Source: Octopus sinensis | Lineage: Eukaryota | Direction: 5' to 3' | Assembly: GCF_006345805.1 (NCBI RefSeq) | Contig: NC_042999.1 | Location: 21,018,001-21,082,000, forward strand | Length of the DNA: 64,000 bases | Shown here: piece by piece, positions 39,165 through 52,129 of the stretch | How the letters are laid out: each line of letters starts with the position of its first letter | How positions within the stretch are numbered: position 1 is the stretch's first letter | The notes under the pieces: model-generated | The model's input: the letters and a program-made list of their open reading frames with translations, nothing else | Told to the model about the DNA's origin: nothing | The model's database searches: none | Made by a program: the position numbers and the translations under genes

Positions 39165-39815
39165 AGGCAAGCTGGCAGAATCGTTAGCACACCGGGCGAA
39201 ATGCGTAGCCGTATTTCGTCTGCCGTTGCGTTCTGAGTTCAAATTTCGCCGAGGTCGACTTTGCCTTTCATCCTTTCGGGGTCGATTAAGTAAGTACCAG
39301 TTACGCACAGGGGTCGAAATAATCGACTTAATCCGTATGTATGTCCTTGTTTATCTTCTCTGTGTGTGCGAGCTGGCAGACACGTTAGCGCGCCGGGCGA
39401 AATGCTTAGCGGTATTTCGTCTGTCGCTACGTTCTAAGTTCAAATTCCGCCGTGGACGACTTTGCCTTTCATCCTCTCGGCGTCGATAAATAAAGTACCA
39501 GTTTCGCACTGGGGCCAATGTAATCGATTTAATCCCATTGTCTATCCTTGTTTGTCCCCTCTATGTTTAACCTCTTGTGGGTAGTAAAGAAATATATCTT
39601 CTCTGTGTGTAGCCTCTTGTGGACAGTAAAGAAATAAGAATCGTTAGCAGGCCAAGCAAAATGCTCAGCAGCGTTTCGTCCGTCCTTTAACTTCTGAGTT
39701 CAAATCTCACCAAGGTCTACTTTCACTTTCATCTTTTCGGTGTCGATAAAAGTGTAGCAGTTGGGTACTGTTGTCACTATAATCGTCTTGCCCTCGCCCT
39801 CGAAATTGCAGGCTT
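39165..39815 (+). mobile_element. SINE-A nested in SINE-A, followed by a third variant copy
   Basis: Inner copy 39368-39594 is flanked by the 16-bp TSD tatcttctctgtgtgt (39352-39367, 39595-39610). The outer tail resumes at 39611. Confidence 0.85.
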
Positions 39816-40152
39816 TTATAGACATCACAGCTTATCGCCCCCACTTCAGTACATATATCGCACTGAAGATATTGGATGATGCATTATCACACACCTGTTA
39901 AATTATAAATGCATATATTTATTTTTAAATTTGAGTTCATGACATGAAATAGTAAAGATGTCGGCTTAATAAGTAACCTAAATTACATTCTACCTTTATA
40001 CTGAAGTTTACAAAAGTTATAAATATTCCTGGCATTTGTATGCAATTCTTCAAATGTATTGGGATTGTGTTTTAAAAAATAAATTGATAATCTTTATTTA
40101 TTGCAATGATGATCTTAATAATTAATTCATTTATATTAGTTTTATGCCTTTG

Positions 40153-40486
40153 GGTGTGAAGGCGCATGGTTCAGTGGTTAGAGCGTCGAGCTTACGATCG
40201 TGAGGTTGTGAGTCCGGATCTCGGACCGGGCTGCATGTTGAGTAAGACATTTCATTTCATGTTGGTCCAGTTCACTCAGCTGTAGAAATGAGTTACGATG
40301 TCACAGGTGCCAAGCTGTATCGGCCGTTGCCTTTCCCTTCGACAACATCAGTGGCAGGGAGAGGGGAGGCTGGTATGCATGGGCGACTGCTGGTCTTCCA
40401 TAAACAAACTTGCCTGGACTTGTGCCTGGGAGGGTAACTTTCTAGGTGCAATCCCATGGTCAGTCATGACCGAAGGTGCTCTCAAC
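40153..40486 (+). mobile_element. SINE-D, full length
   Basis: tRNA-like head gaaggcgcatggttcagtggttagagcg. 9-bp TSD atgcctttg at 40144-40152 and 40487-40495. Confidence 0.8.
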
Positions 40487-40597
40487 ATGCCTTTGAGTTT
40501 TTTCTTTCTGCTATTTTTATCATTCAAACGTAATTCTCATTATTATCAGCACTAATCCATATTTATAATGGTATTTAAAACAAGAACAACAATGATA

Positions 40598-41904
40598 GAA
40601 ATTCAAAATATAGTGCTCATGGAAACTGCTCATATCCTACGTAAAATACCGTCTATGTAATCTCAAATTTTAAAAACACAATTATAATTCTCTTACGTTT
40701 TCTGAAACATTCTCTAGAACAATACGATGTGCAAAACCAAATATATGGCACCCTAGGCATAACACCAACTTGAACTTCTAACTTGCTGTCTCTTGAAGTT
40801 TACTGGTCATGCCTCAAGAACCCTGCAAACAATTCTTGCAGTGAGACTTGGAGTCAACCTGTACAAATAGAAAGCAAACATCAAACAAATAATAATCATA
40901 GTAGTAGTAGTTCAAAATATAGTGTTCATGGGAACTGCCTATATCCTACGTAAAATACTGTCTATATAATCACAAATTTTAAAATAATGTCATAATGTTT
41001 TTGTTTACATTCTCTAGAACAATACTATATGAAAGATCAACTATATAACGCTCTAGGCATAACAATAACAGAACTTCTAACTTGTTTTCTCTTGCGATCT
41101 CTGGATGAGACTTGGAGTCAACTTATACAAATCAAAATTCAAACATAATAATAATAATGCTAAATAAAGAAATAAAGAACATGTATGTTTATCGACATAG
41201 CATGCACCGGTGACAACAGGATCAATGTGAAAGAAAAATTAAACAACTACAACGATTTAAAGTGGGGAATACGAAGGTTATGGTCAATGAAGAGGGGAGG
41301 CGTGATATCAATAGTAATTGGTGCACTTGGAAGTATAAGCACTCAGCTACTAATATGGAATTAGCTGAAACTGCAAGAATTGTTTGCAGGGTTCTTGAGG
41401 CATGACCAGTAAACAAGTGTCACCTTAGTCTGCTGGCATTGGACAGCTGACACTGTCCATCATACCCAGCAAAATAATCTGTGAATTTTCAAATAATAAT
41501 AATTATAATAATAATAATTGGAAAATGAAGAAGGTGCCATTGAAAATGAAGATGGTGAAGATAGTGCCCATTATTGTTGGATCCTTGAGAACAGTATCAG
41601 AAGGCATGAAGAGGAATATAAAGGAAATCGGAATAGAGTGTACTGTAGAACTGTTTACAAAAGGTTTGCTTCCTTAGCACGGTCAGAATAATAAGAAACG
41701 TACTAAATACCTGAAAAGAACGGATAGGTAGTAAGTCCGCTCCGCATGCAAGATTCCAGGAACTCCAGCAAAACCCGTGATGAAGAGATAATAATAATAA
41801 TAATAATAAGCTGTTGTCTCCTGAGGTCACTGGGTGAGACTTGGAGTGCACTTGTACAAATTCAAAGCAAAATTCAATCATATAATATTAATAATAATAA
41901 TAAT
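40598..41904 (+). mobile_element. Stack of five R4/Dong-type LINE 3' ends
   Basis: 'EIQNIVLMETAHILRK' family at 40598, 40911 and 41810; 'YNDLKWGIRRLW..ISIVIGALG' at about 41245; 'VPIIVGSL..EIGIEC..RIIRNVLNT*' at about 41560. Each ends in (TAA)n. Confidence 0.8.
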
Positions 41905-41924
41905 TGTTACAACTTTTGCAACAA

Positions 41925-42118
41925 GAGCAGCCATTTGGGGGTGGGGGGAGTCAATTATATCGATTTCAGTGTTCAACTGATACTCAATTTATCGACCCCG
42001 AAATGATGAAAAGCAAAGTCAACCTCGGCGGAATTAGAAACCAGAACGTAGCGACGAGTCAAATATCGCTAGGCATTTCGTCCAACGTACGAACGATTCT
42101 GCCAGCTCACCGCCTTTT
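41925..42118 (-). mobile_element. SINE-A variant
   Basis: Head aaggcggtgagctggcagaatcgtt on the minus strand and an alternative tail. Confidence 0.7.
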
Positions 42119-42179
42119 GCCATCGAAGTTGCCGTTACTTCAGGTCTCTGGGTGACACTTGGAAGAGATCGTATAAATG

Positions 42180-42950
42180 GAAGCACTATGTCGGTTACGA
42201 CGACGCGGGTTCCGGTTGATCCGAATCAACGGAACAGCCTGCTCGTGAAATTAACGTGTAAGTGGCTGAGCACTCCAAAGACACGTGTACACTTAACGTA
42301 GTTCTCGGGGATATTCAGCGTGACACAGAGAGTGACAAGGCCGGCCCTTTGAAATACAGGTACAACAGAAACAGGAAGTAAGAGTGAGAGAAAGTTGTGG
42401 TGAAAGAGTACAGCAAGGATCACCACCATCCCCTGTCGGAGCCTCGTGGAGCTTTTAGGTGTTTTCGTATACATGTATATGTATATATACGTATGTGTGT
42501 TTGTGTGTCTTGTGTTTGTCTCCCCACCCAAAATCGCTTAACAACCGATGCTGGTGTGTCTACGTACCCGTAATCTAGCGGTTCGGCAAAAAGAGACCGA
42601 TGGAACAAGTACTAGACTTACAAAGAATAAGTCCCAGGGTCAATTTCCTCGACTAAAGGCGGTGCTCTAGCATGGCCGCAGTCAAGTGACTGAAACAAGT
42701 AAAAGAGTAAAAGAGTATGTAATACACACGCACACACACACACACACATACACATAACGAGTAATGTTGAAATGCATGTTTAATTCCCGGTCTGAGACCT
42801 GAAGTAACGGCAACTTCGATGGCAAAAGGCGGTGAGCTGGCAGAATTGTTCGTACGTTGGACGAAATGCCTAAATCCCGGTCTGGGAATCGAAACCGCGA
42901 TCCTATGACCGCGAGTCCGCTGCCCTAACCACTGGACCATTGCGCCTCCA
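42180..42950 (-). mobile_element. SINE-C interrupted by a templated insertion
   Basis: Matches 8532-8924 over 42180-42467 and 42876-42950. About 20 bp is replaced by an insert of roughly 408 bp. Confidence 0.85.
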
Positions 42951-43087
42951 CATAAATACGATTGATAAATACGATTGATAGCAATATACAGTTCTTGGAA
43001 ATATTTGGCACATTAAACATGCATTTCAACATTACTCGTTATGTGTATGTGTGTGTGTGTGTTGGTGTGTGTGTGTGTGTATTACAT

Positions 43088-43508
43088 ACTCTTTTACTCT
43101 TTTACTTGTTTCAGTCACTTGACTGCGGCCATGCTAGAGCACCGCCTTTAGTCGAGGAAATTGACCCTGGGACTTATTCTTTGTAAGTCTAGTACTTGTT
43201 CCATCGGTCTCTTTTTGCCGAACCGCTAGATTACGGGTACGTAGACACACCAGCATCGGTTGTTAAGCGATTTTGGGTGGGGAGACAAACACAAGACACA
43301 CAAACACACATACGTATATATACATATACATGTATACGAAGGGCTTCTTTCAGCTTCCGTCTACCAAATCCACTCACAAGGCTTTGGTCGGCACGAAGCT
43401 ATAGTAGAAGACACTTGCCCTTGGGCACCTTGGTGCCACGCAGTGGGACTGAACCAGGAACAATGCGGTTGGTAAGCAAGCTAGTTACCACACAGTCACT
43501 CCTGCGCC
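43088..43508 (-). mobile_element. SINE-B, full length
   Basis: Its 3' half and flank are copied in inverted orientation at 42464-42784. Confidence 0.85.
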
Positions 43509-44094
43509 TTTAAAATCATCAAAGACAATATAATCAAAATTTCATGTTCTATATAGGCAAATGTTACTCTGTTTCCCAGGATACACAGACATATTATAAT
43601 TATCATTATATTTATCATTAGATTCTTCGCTCTCATAAATCTGCAACAACCTTCCTAATCATCGTAATTCTCTTATGAAAAGAATATATCTTTAAGTGAA
43701 ATCATTTATTGAACAAGCAATATAATTGTGAAGATATTTAGAACTCCTTTCAGTGAACGTAGATATTGTAAGTAATGTCTTCAGTAAGTGGTAAGTGTTC
43801 ATAAATAAAAGAATTGTAATTAAGAATTCCTACATGAATATAACTTTTATGTTTGTTTTTATTTTTCATAAACTTTCACAATGCACGTAAATTACGCTGT
43901 ATCGAATATATCGAACATATCCATATATCAATTATACTTCTAGATATGTAGTTGTATGCATAAGCATTTGTGTATCTGTGCTATTAGACACAGACGAATA
44001 AATATAAAGGGTATCTGTGTGTATGTTTGCAGAGAGAGACGTAAATAATTATGTACTTATAAACATACAAACACAAGCATCTCGCGTATATAGC

Positions 44095-44460
44095 TATGGG
44101 TGTATATATATATATATATACATATATATGTGTGTGTGTGTGTGTGTGTGTATATGTATGTGTGTGTATATATATGTGTGTGTGTATATGTTTGTGAGTA
44201 TATGTGTGTGTGAGTATATGTGTGTGTGTATATGTGTGTGTGTATATATATGTGTGTGTGTGTATATATGTGTGTGTGTGTATATATGTGTGTGTGTATG
44301 TATATGTGTGTTTGTGTGTATATATATATATATGCATGTGTGTGTGTATGTATATATATGGGTATGTATATGTAAATATATGTATATGTATGTATATATA
44401 TGCATATGAATATGCACACACAGACACACAGGCATGTACATGTGTTTGTGAGTGTGTTTA
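44095..44460. repeat. (TA)n/(TG)n mosaic microsatellite
   Basis: Seen directly; it generates the YIHT/VCVY ORFs in the track. Confidence 0.9.
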
Positions 44461-45059
44461 TGCGTACGTACGTATGCATGGTTGTAGGTAATTCGAAAGA
44501 CAGGATCACAGTTTTATTAAAACGATATATTATTTTCTCTTCTTTGAAATGTTCGACTTCCGCGCTTCGCTTCCACTTCAAAAAGAACCGTATGCTACGC
44601 AACATCAAAGACAAAAGTAAACGATGTGAACGGGACACAACTCTCTCAAATATTCTTGCCGAGGCATGAGACTAAAATCAATATATTCGAATTAAAATAA
44701 AAGACAAATCTAAACAATCAGACATACGTCGTCTACAGATCATTTTGGCACCGGGAAATGATAAATAAGCTATTATGCTTATATACTTTTCAATCTGTTC
44801 CATAAACGTGATAGATCAACAACAGATCAACGATAATTGTAAGATTTGAATCGAGTTTTTCTTTTTATAGATGTTAAGTGTATTTACTCAAATAAGATAC
44901 ACGAATGTAGACATGATCACAAGCACATCGACAATATGGTATATTAAAGTGAAGCTGTGTTGTAGGTTACTTTTATATAATTTTCGTATTATAGTCAACG
45001 GTTTTGAAGGCCATTCTATCACGGTTGTAATAAAATATTTTGTTATTTTCTTGTAAATA

Positions 45060-45275
45060 AAGGCGGCGAACAAGCAGAATGGTTCGCACTCAGGGCACTG
45101 CCCTGAATGCCATTTCGTCCGTCTTCTCGTTCTGGGTTTAAATTCCGCTGAGGCCGACGTTTCCTGTCATCATTTTGGAATGGATTAAATAACTACAAGT
45201 TGAGCACTGGCGTCGATATAATCCATTTACCCTTCTCCTGAAAATGCTAGCCGTGTGCCACAATTTGAAGCCATT
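45060..45275 (+). mobile_element. Decayed SINE-A variant
   Basis: aaggcggcgaacaagcagaatgg..gttctgggtttaaattccgctgagg..gaagccattatt. Confidence 0.6.
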
Positions 45276-45847
45276 ATTTTCTTGTAAGTTTCAGCGGCGA
45301 GCTAACAGAATCATTCGATGATAATTTTCATCATTTCCGAGTCGATGAATTATGTGAGAGATCGCCTAGCCATCTTTCACATAATGTCAGGCATTGTGCC
45401 TAGAGCAGAAAGGATAATTTTGTGGCAAATTTTAGATTTCGGTGTTCTCGTCTGAATAAACTACTTTGAAAGCGAGAAAGCAAGACAATCGTAATGAAAC
45501 ACAACATCAAGTATGAAACATATTTCGAACACGCATGAAGAGCTTTTGGTTTAACTTTTTTTAAATTTTTTTTTTTACTTTTTTCAGTTTGGACTTTGTC
45601 CTAAATTCCGGTCCTCACTACGGAGGTTTCAAAAGTAGCGTTGATAGATCACATAGAAACACACATATGTGCAATTACACACAGAGAAACACACACACAC
45701 ACACACACATTAATAAACTATGCATACATACATACACATATAAATATGTGTATATGTATATACATCCATTCGTCATGTGATGCAGACACCTCCAATGATA
45801 TACTAATCAGGAAGAAAGTCAATTGATCATATAAATAAATTTGATAG

Positions 45848-45882
<35 letters not shown>

Positions 45883-47789
45883 GCTGCATTATAAATGTTA
45901 CCATATTTTTTTAATCATTCAAAATGATTTATATTCTAAGCGCGTATTAAAAAGTGATAACTAATCAATTATAGACATTATACTCCACAACTTGCAACTT
46001 TGGAATGGTACATCTAATCAAAACCTAAAAGTATTATGTAAATTAGAAAACGGAAACCATAAAAGAAATATCCCTTTTATGTGTAATTAGCTATCAATAC
46101 AATTACAACCTTGATCGTCTATTGTAAAATCGATAAAAACGAGGAGTGAATTTTAAGAATTTTATCTTTCAAATGTGCAATGAAGGATCAGACAAACTCG
46201 TACGTCTAAAAACAAACTGTCCAGTACCCGCCGAAAACACATACAGGGATAGATTTAAGATGCAGTTTCATAAAACAAAACTGCTGATATGGACACTGGA
46301 AGGATTTGTTTATATACTATATATAAGTTTCACAGGTATTCTTTACTCCAATGTTATGGCAGTATTGATGATTGCAGTAGAGAATTATTTAAATAGAAAC
46401 CTTCACATCTAATACACTAGACACTATTTATATCTCCGAGTAGGCAGACAGGATGATATTCCTGGATATATTTGAAGCCAAAAATGCTTTGAATTTCGCG
46501 TTAAAACAAGAAGTATTCTTAATTTTAAGAAGAACCGTTTAATTATATTCAATAATGAAGCATCCAGTATTGATTGTGGTGAGGAAGCCCTTTTTCGTGA
46601 AATATTTTTGCTAGCAAATATTAGATATTGTATTACAACTGCAATATTTTTCTTTTTCAAACGTTATCATCGCTATCACATTTAATATCTGCGTACATTT
46701 ACGCAAAACCTACATATGTTAAATTTCCTTGCATTGCTAAAAGCCCTTCATATAGCCGAAAGCTATTTCCATCTCTGAAAGATCCTAACAGTGCTCTTAA
46801 TATGTTACATCGCTGAAATTATTATCACCATCATGTTTATAACAGTATCACGCGATTTTGCATTCTGTGTTCCGAGGTCTACGCAGCAAATATATTTCAG
46901 TGAAACGTATTTTAATAAATTCTACATCATACGTAATACTTCGTGTATCACTAACAACAACGGTAAGGCTCTTAAGGCAAGACGTAAATAATCACAAGAC
47001 AAATCGACTGTGATAAGTGCTTCCCCGTCATTATTAATTATAAATGTCAATGAAAGTATACATTAAATATGCATAAACACGTATCCATTCAAGTATATGA
47101 CCTTCACGTGCTATCAATGAAAATATGTAAATGAAAAAAGGACGTTATGTTACGTTGTTAGCGTGCTTAGAAATAATAAGGAGAAAATAAGATGGTTGAA
47201 TTTGAAGTCTTGTAACTTACGCTGTCTTTCACCAAATTGTGATATTTGGCATTTGTAGAATTTGATTTCAGAATATGGAAATGTTCATTTGACTGTAAAG
47301 TATTATTTATTCGTGTATGAAACCGCTTCTGCCTCGTTAACCATTTCCATCTCCATAACAATATTTCCTAAACAGACAAGCATATGTAGACATATCTATT
47401 TGTTAATATAAGTATTCCAGAAAGAAAATGTTGATCAATGGCTTAACACAAGAGTTAATTAGAAATATTTTTAAAGGATAAATAAAAACATATACCAATG
47501 ATATCCTCTGTATATGGCTATGTTATATATTTCAGTTTTCAAAAAGATAATTATTTCTTGGAGATATAATTATTTCGGTGTATTAATGAATATTTGATAG
47601 GACAAACGATATACTAACACTAAGAAATGTGATATTTATAAAAAGCAAAGACTGTTATAAATTTCAGCGTAAATTCCAATAGAAACTATTACTTTAAGAT
47701 TTATTTGCCATTATTTAAATATATATAATATTGTATTTTACGCTTAAAGTTTTTTGAAACATAAATGTCTAAACATACGATTTATTTCT

Positions 47790-48480
47790 ATATTATTATT
47801 ATTATTATTATTGATGTTGTTGTATGTTTCACCCAGAGACCTCAAGAGAGAAGTTAGAAGTTAAAGTTGGTGTTATGCCTATGTTGCCATATATTTGGTC
47901 TTGCACAAAGTATTGTTCTAGAGAATGTTAAAGAAAAGAAAATTAATATAATTTTGTTTTAAAATTTGAGATTACATAGACAGTATTTTACGTAGGATAT
48001 GGACAGTTCCCATGAGCGTTATCTTTTGAATTCCTACCATTATTATTGTTGTTGTTCTTGTTGTTTCAAATACCATTATTAATATGGATTAATGCTGATA
48101 ATAAATAAAATATGCTCATGGGCAAATCCCATGAGCACTATTTCTTTGAATTTCTGCCATTTTGGTATTTTCTGCTATCTGAGCTAGGTAGCAATCAGCC
48201 CCTTTTTGCTATCATTCCTCGAGCACCTATGACAACAGGTATTGTTTTAGTCTTGAGGTTCCACATTTTGCCAATTTCTATTTCAAGATCTTTATACATG
48301 CTCAGATTTTTTGTAGGTCTTGCCAGCTACAAAAGTGTCGATTGGGACAGTTATATCGATAAGGAGGTACGATTTTTGTCTCAAGTCTTTCAATATAATG
48401 TCTGGCCAATTTTTATTTATCTTTCTGTCAATTTGAACGTTGAAGTACCAGAAGAGTGAGGTGTGGTCATTTTCAAACAC
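47790..48480 (-). mobile_element. Two R4/Dong-type fragments: endonuclease domain (48113-48480) and 3' end (47790-48040)
   Basis: 'PTVFENDHTSLFWYFNVQIDRKINKNWPDIILKDLRQKSYLLIDITVP' then, after a frameshift, 'YKDLEIEIGKMWNLKTKTIPVVIGA'. The 3' UTR is of the same family as 40598, with a (TAA)n tail. Confidence 0.8.
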
Positions 48481-49299
48481 AGTTGGCTTATCTTCCCACC
48501 ACGAAAAAGACAGTAGCGATAGCAGCAGCAACAATGACAGCAACAAGACCAGCAAGAACAGTACCAATAACAAAAGCACTCTCTCAGCAGCAGCAGTAGC
48601 GAAGAACAAAGAACGCATTACCGCGCACCTTACAAATAGGGACCAGATGTTAACACAAGCATGGAAACTAATAAAACAAGAGAAAACTTCGACTAATCTG
48701 ACTTTTTCGTCAGAAGCAATTGAAGTAGCGGAAAGAAGAACAGTGGTTTTCAGATGTATCTCAGCAGACACGAAAAGAGCGGCTTTAATACTCAACTAGA
48801 TATTGAGACGACGCTGAGGTGCATCAGAAAATACATCGCATATACAGCGAGGTTCAGACAATACGGCACCATTTCGGTGCTGTTTAAGTCAGAAGCCCTC
48901 ACTATGAGACGTCCAATGAACCCTGCAAAACCAGCCAAGTCACTATGTACCCCTCCCACATAGGGAAATGTACCGGTCGTGACCGCATTCCTAGAATCCC
49001 ACCAGGACTAGATGTTTGGTGGCTTCTGAGGTGCGTAGTCATGGAGGGGACGGATACTGTCCCGCTTGAATCGACAAGAACTGCCAGGGAGGACTGGTCC
49101 GGGGTTGACTGGTCCGGAGCTGAACGAATTTTTAAAAAATCCCCGACCACATCCGTCTCAAGAATAGGACAGTAATAGACATTATGACTGAGGGCAAAAT
49201 GCTGTATTGTTTCGTGTGGCGAGAAACGATTCATTTGCAAGCTCACTGCTCCCAACTGGTACAAAGTGCAAGAGGTCAAAGGCCTCCACAAGCTAAAGA

Positions 49300-49978
49300 G
49301 AGAAGGGAAAGGTATTGTCCTGTCCTCCCGCTGTTATCAAAGAGTATCCATTTCCCATCACACATAGTAAGTCGACACAAAAATATTTCTCTTTCCAACC
49401 GAGAAGTCAACATGGAACACACTGTAAGGTGTCTGTTTCTTTGAATCTCATTGAGTTGATGGGGAATAAATCTATCCATATTTTTGACTTTTGCAATTTT
49501 CTTCAAGTGTCAACAAGCAGTTGCAGGAGATGTCTGGAGCCCTGACCCAATTTTTCTGACTGTTATTCTCGGATTTCGTTTAACCAAAGCATTCAATTCA
49601 TCATGCCGAATAACTGATTTTGGTCTCCCTCTTGGTACATTTTAAAGGCTTTCATTTCCAGAACGAAAATCCTTGGAACCATTCCTGAACAGTTCTGATG
49701 TGAACAGAATCGTTAGCAAAAGCCCGCTTGATGTTCCGTAGAGCTTCGGTGACAGAGTGACCCAACTTGTATTCGTACAAGAAAATCACTCGGTATTGTT
49801 CATTTGTCAACATTGCCATAAAAGCTGTGAATGGCAATATTGAATAATAGTATTGTCAAGAAAGAAAAAAGAGTTAAGAGTAAACACAAGTATATACATA
49901 GAAACTCATTAATAATCCATTTGTAGATGACTCATAAGAAGCCCATTTAAAATACATTTCATATGAGACAACCTAATA
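49300..49978 (-). mobile_element. Mariner 5' portion, decayed
   Basis: TIR tattaggttgtctcatatgaaatg (49955-49978), N-terminus 'RVIFLYEYKLGHSVTEALRNIKRAF', and 'DRFIPHQLNE...FLCRLTMCDGKWILFDN' (WVPHEL- and DEKW-like). Confidence 0.8.
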
Positions 49979-49984
49979 GACAAG

Positions 49985-50096
49985 CAGATTGAGAGATAAA
50001 TAGAGAGAGAGATGGATAGTGAGAGAGTGATGGATAGAGAGAGAGATGGATAGTGAGAGAGTGATGGATAAAGAGAGAGGGGGATAGATAGATAGG

Positions 50097-50129
<33 letters not shown>

Positions 50130-50182
50130 TGATAGATAGATAGATAGGGAGATAGAAAGATACATGTATACATACATATATA

Positions 50183-50228
<46 letters not shown>
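49985..50228. repeat. (GA)/(GATA)n/(TG)n compound microsatellite
   Basis: Seen directly. Confidence 0.9.
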
Positions 50229-50230
<2 letters not shown>

Positions 50231-51599
50231 TAAGCTTCCGGATTCGTTAGACCGTAGGTATTTCAACGCTAGGAATGGTCGGGTAACGAGCTTTCAATAA
50301 TCAGGAACTATCCAAGTTATATTTAGCTGGTTGCATGCTATAATGTGCACATTATACATCTACACGTCTATCTATATATAACTACACATAGACACTTATA
50401 TCCATACACATAGGAGCAATAGTAAAATTATAAAATCTGGATTATAATGACATGGATTTCTTCCCTTTTTACATTATTCGTTTTTGTTTTATTTTTTTAT
50501 TTCTTATTTTAATCTCTTATCAGTTATCTCTAATTTGTTATCATTTATTATATCCCATTTGTTCTAGTATCGCTGATATCCAAATTTTGATTTATCTTAT
50601 TTTTGTTTTTATACATTTCCTCTTTTATATCTACTCATTATATATTAATATAGTGTATATGCTTTACAAATATACTGTACTCTATATGCTTGTGTATGCG
50701 GAAATTTTTAAACCGTGCTATGTATACATACTTGTGTGTATGGGTATATGTGTATACACACACACACATATATATATATGTGCGCGTCTGTCCGTGCATG
50801 TATACGAGTGTTTACACGCATGTGTGTAAGATATTATATGCGTATATCGATACTTAGATTAGTTAAGGAACAAAGATGCGCTCGTTCAACACAAAGACGT
50901 CTGATTGGATTACAAATAGAATGTAAAAATATGAAATATAAGTATGCATATATGAATAGGAATGATTGTGTAAATATACGTATGAAAATGTATGTAACTT
51001 ATATGACCATATGTATGTAGGTGTATGTCTGGGTATATGTAGATATGTACGTATCTATCATATGTATACGTGTATATATGTGGTACGTATCGTGGTGAAG
51101 AATGCGCTTGGTAGGTGTATACATGTATATATATATTAATGTTTACATATGTGTGTATGTATGTATATGTATGTTTATATATACACACACACACACAAAT
51201 ATATATGTGTATATATATATATATATATGTGTGTGTTTGTGTGTATATGTGTGTGTGCGCGCGTGTATGTTAGTGTATGTGTTCTAGTGTCGGGTAAGTA
51301 GCAATAGTCAGATGTCTTATCTATACAACTCTCCCGATTAGATTTTCTCTAGCCTTGTTTTTATTCTATTTTCATATGTCTTATGTCTTCCGTGATTTGC
51401 CGTCTAATAACATAAACTAATAAACTAATTGAGAAACCAGATAGTTTTGACCCTTGCCCTTTTGGGTCTTATAAGCGACTTTTATATTCCATTGTTCTTT
51501 AAAAAAAAAAGAACACTTCCTTCAATGTAGCTTGGTTAGCAAGTATACTTGTATCTTCTGTCTAGCCTGGTTGTTTAAAATTTCCTGAAGATATGAGAA

Positions 51600-52129
51600 T
51601 TTTGTCATCATATAATTTAAGAGTGCACTAATAAAATGCTGCAAAGCAGCTATTGGGAAATTTGAACCGCATTTTGAGTTCTTTTCATTCATATATATGT
51701 GTTTCTGTGTGGTCCAAATAAACAGACATTGTTCTCAATGGTATGTCTATCCTTCTGGATAGTTATATAAGCAGGCATACCAGAAGCAAAAGTTAGTCAG
51801 TCGGTGACGACTCAACGAAGTCTGGCTGACCAACTTTGGTCAGAGGGAGAAAGCAGCTGTGAGACAACACCCTATAACTCTCTCTAGCTCTAATTCTGTT
51901 CTCTTACAACATCATTCTATCTGCTTCGGCAATTACTACTAAACAATGAAGAGAACCCAAACTCAAACCTTCTACCGCATCTAACTTTCGCATGCTTTTG
52001 GAGTTATCAACCTGCCTGTCGAGATGCTTTTGGAGTTATCAACCTGCCTGTCGAGGCAAGGTATTGTAACGTAATGGTAAATAAATACATTCTTAAAACT
52101 TCATGCATTGTCTATCTTTCACATCTTAC
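51600..52129 (+). mobile_element. Possible solo LTR (start uncertain)
   Basis: tatataa at about 51765, tcagtc about 30 bp downstream, aataaa at about 52080, and it ends in cttaca. No convincing TG start or TSD found. Confidence 0.3.
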
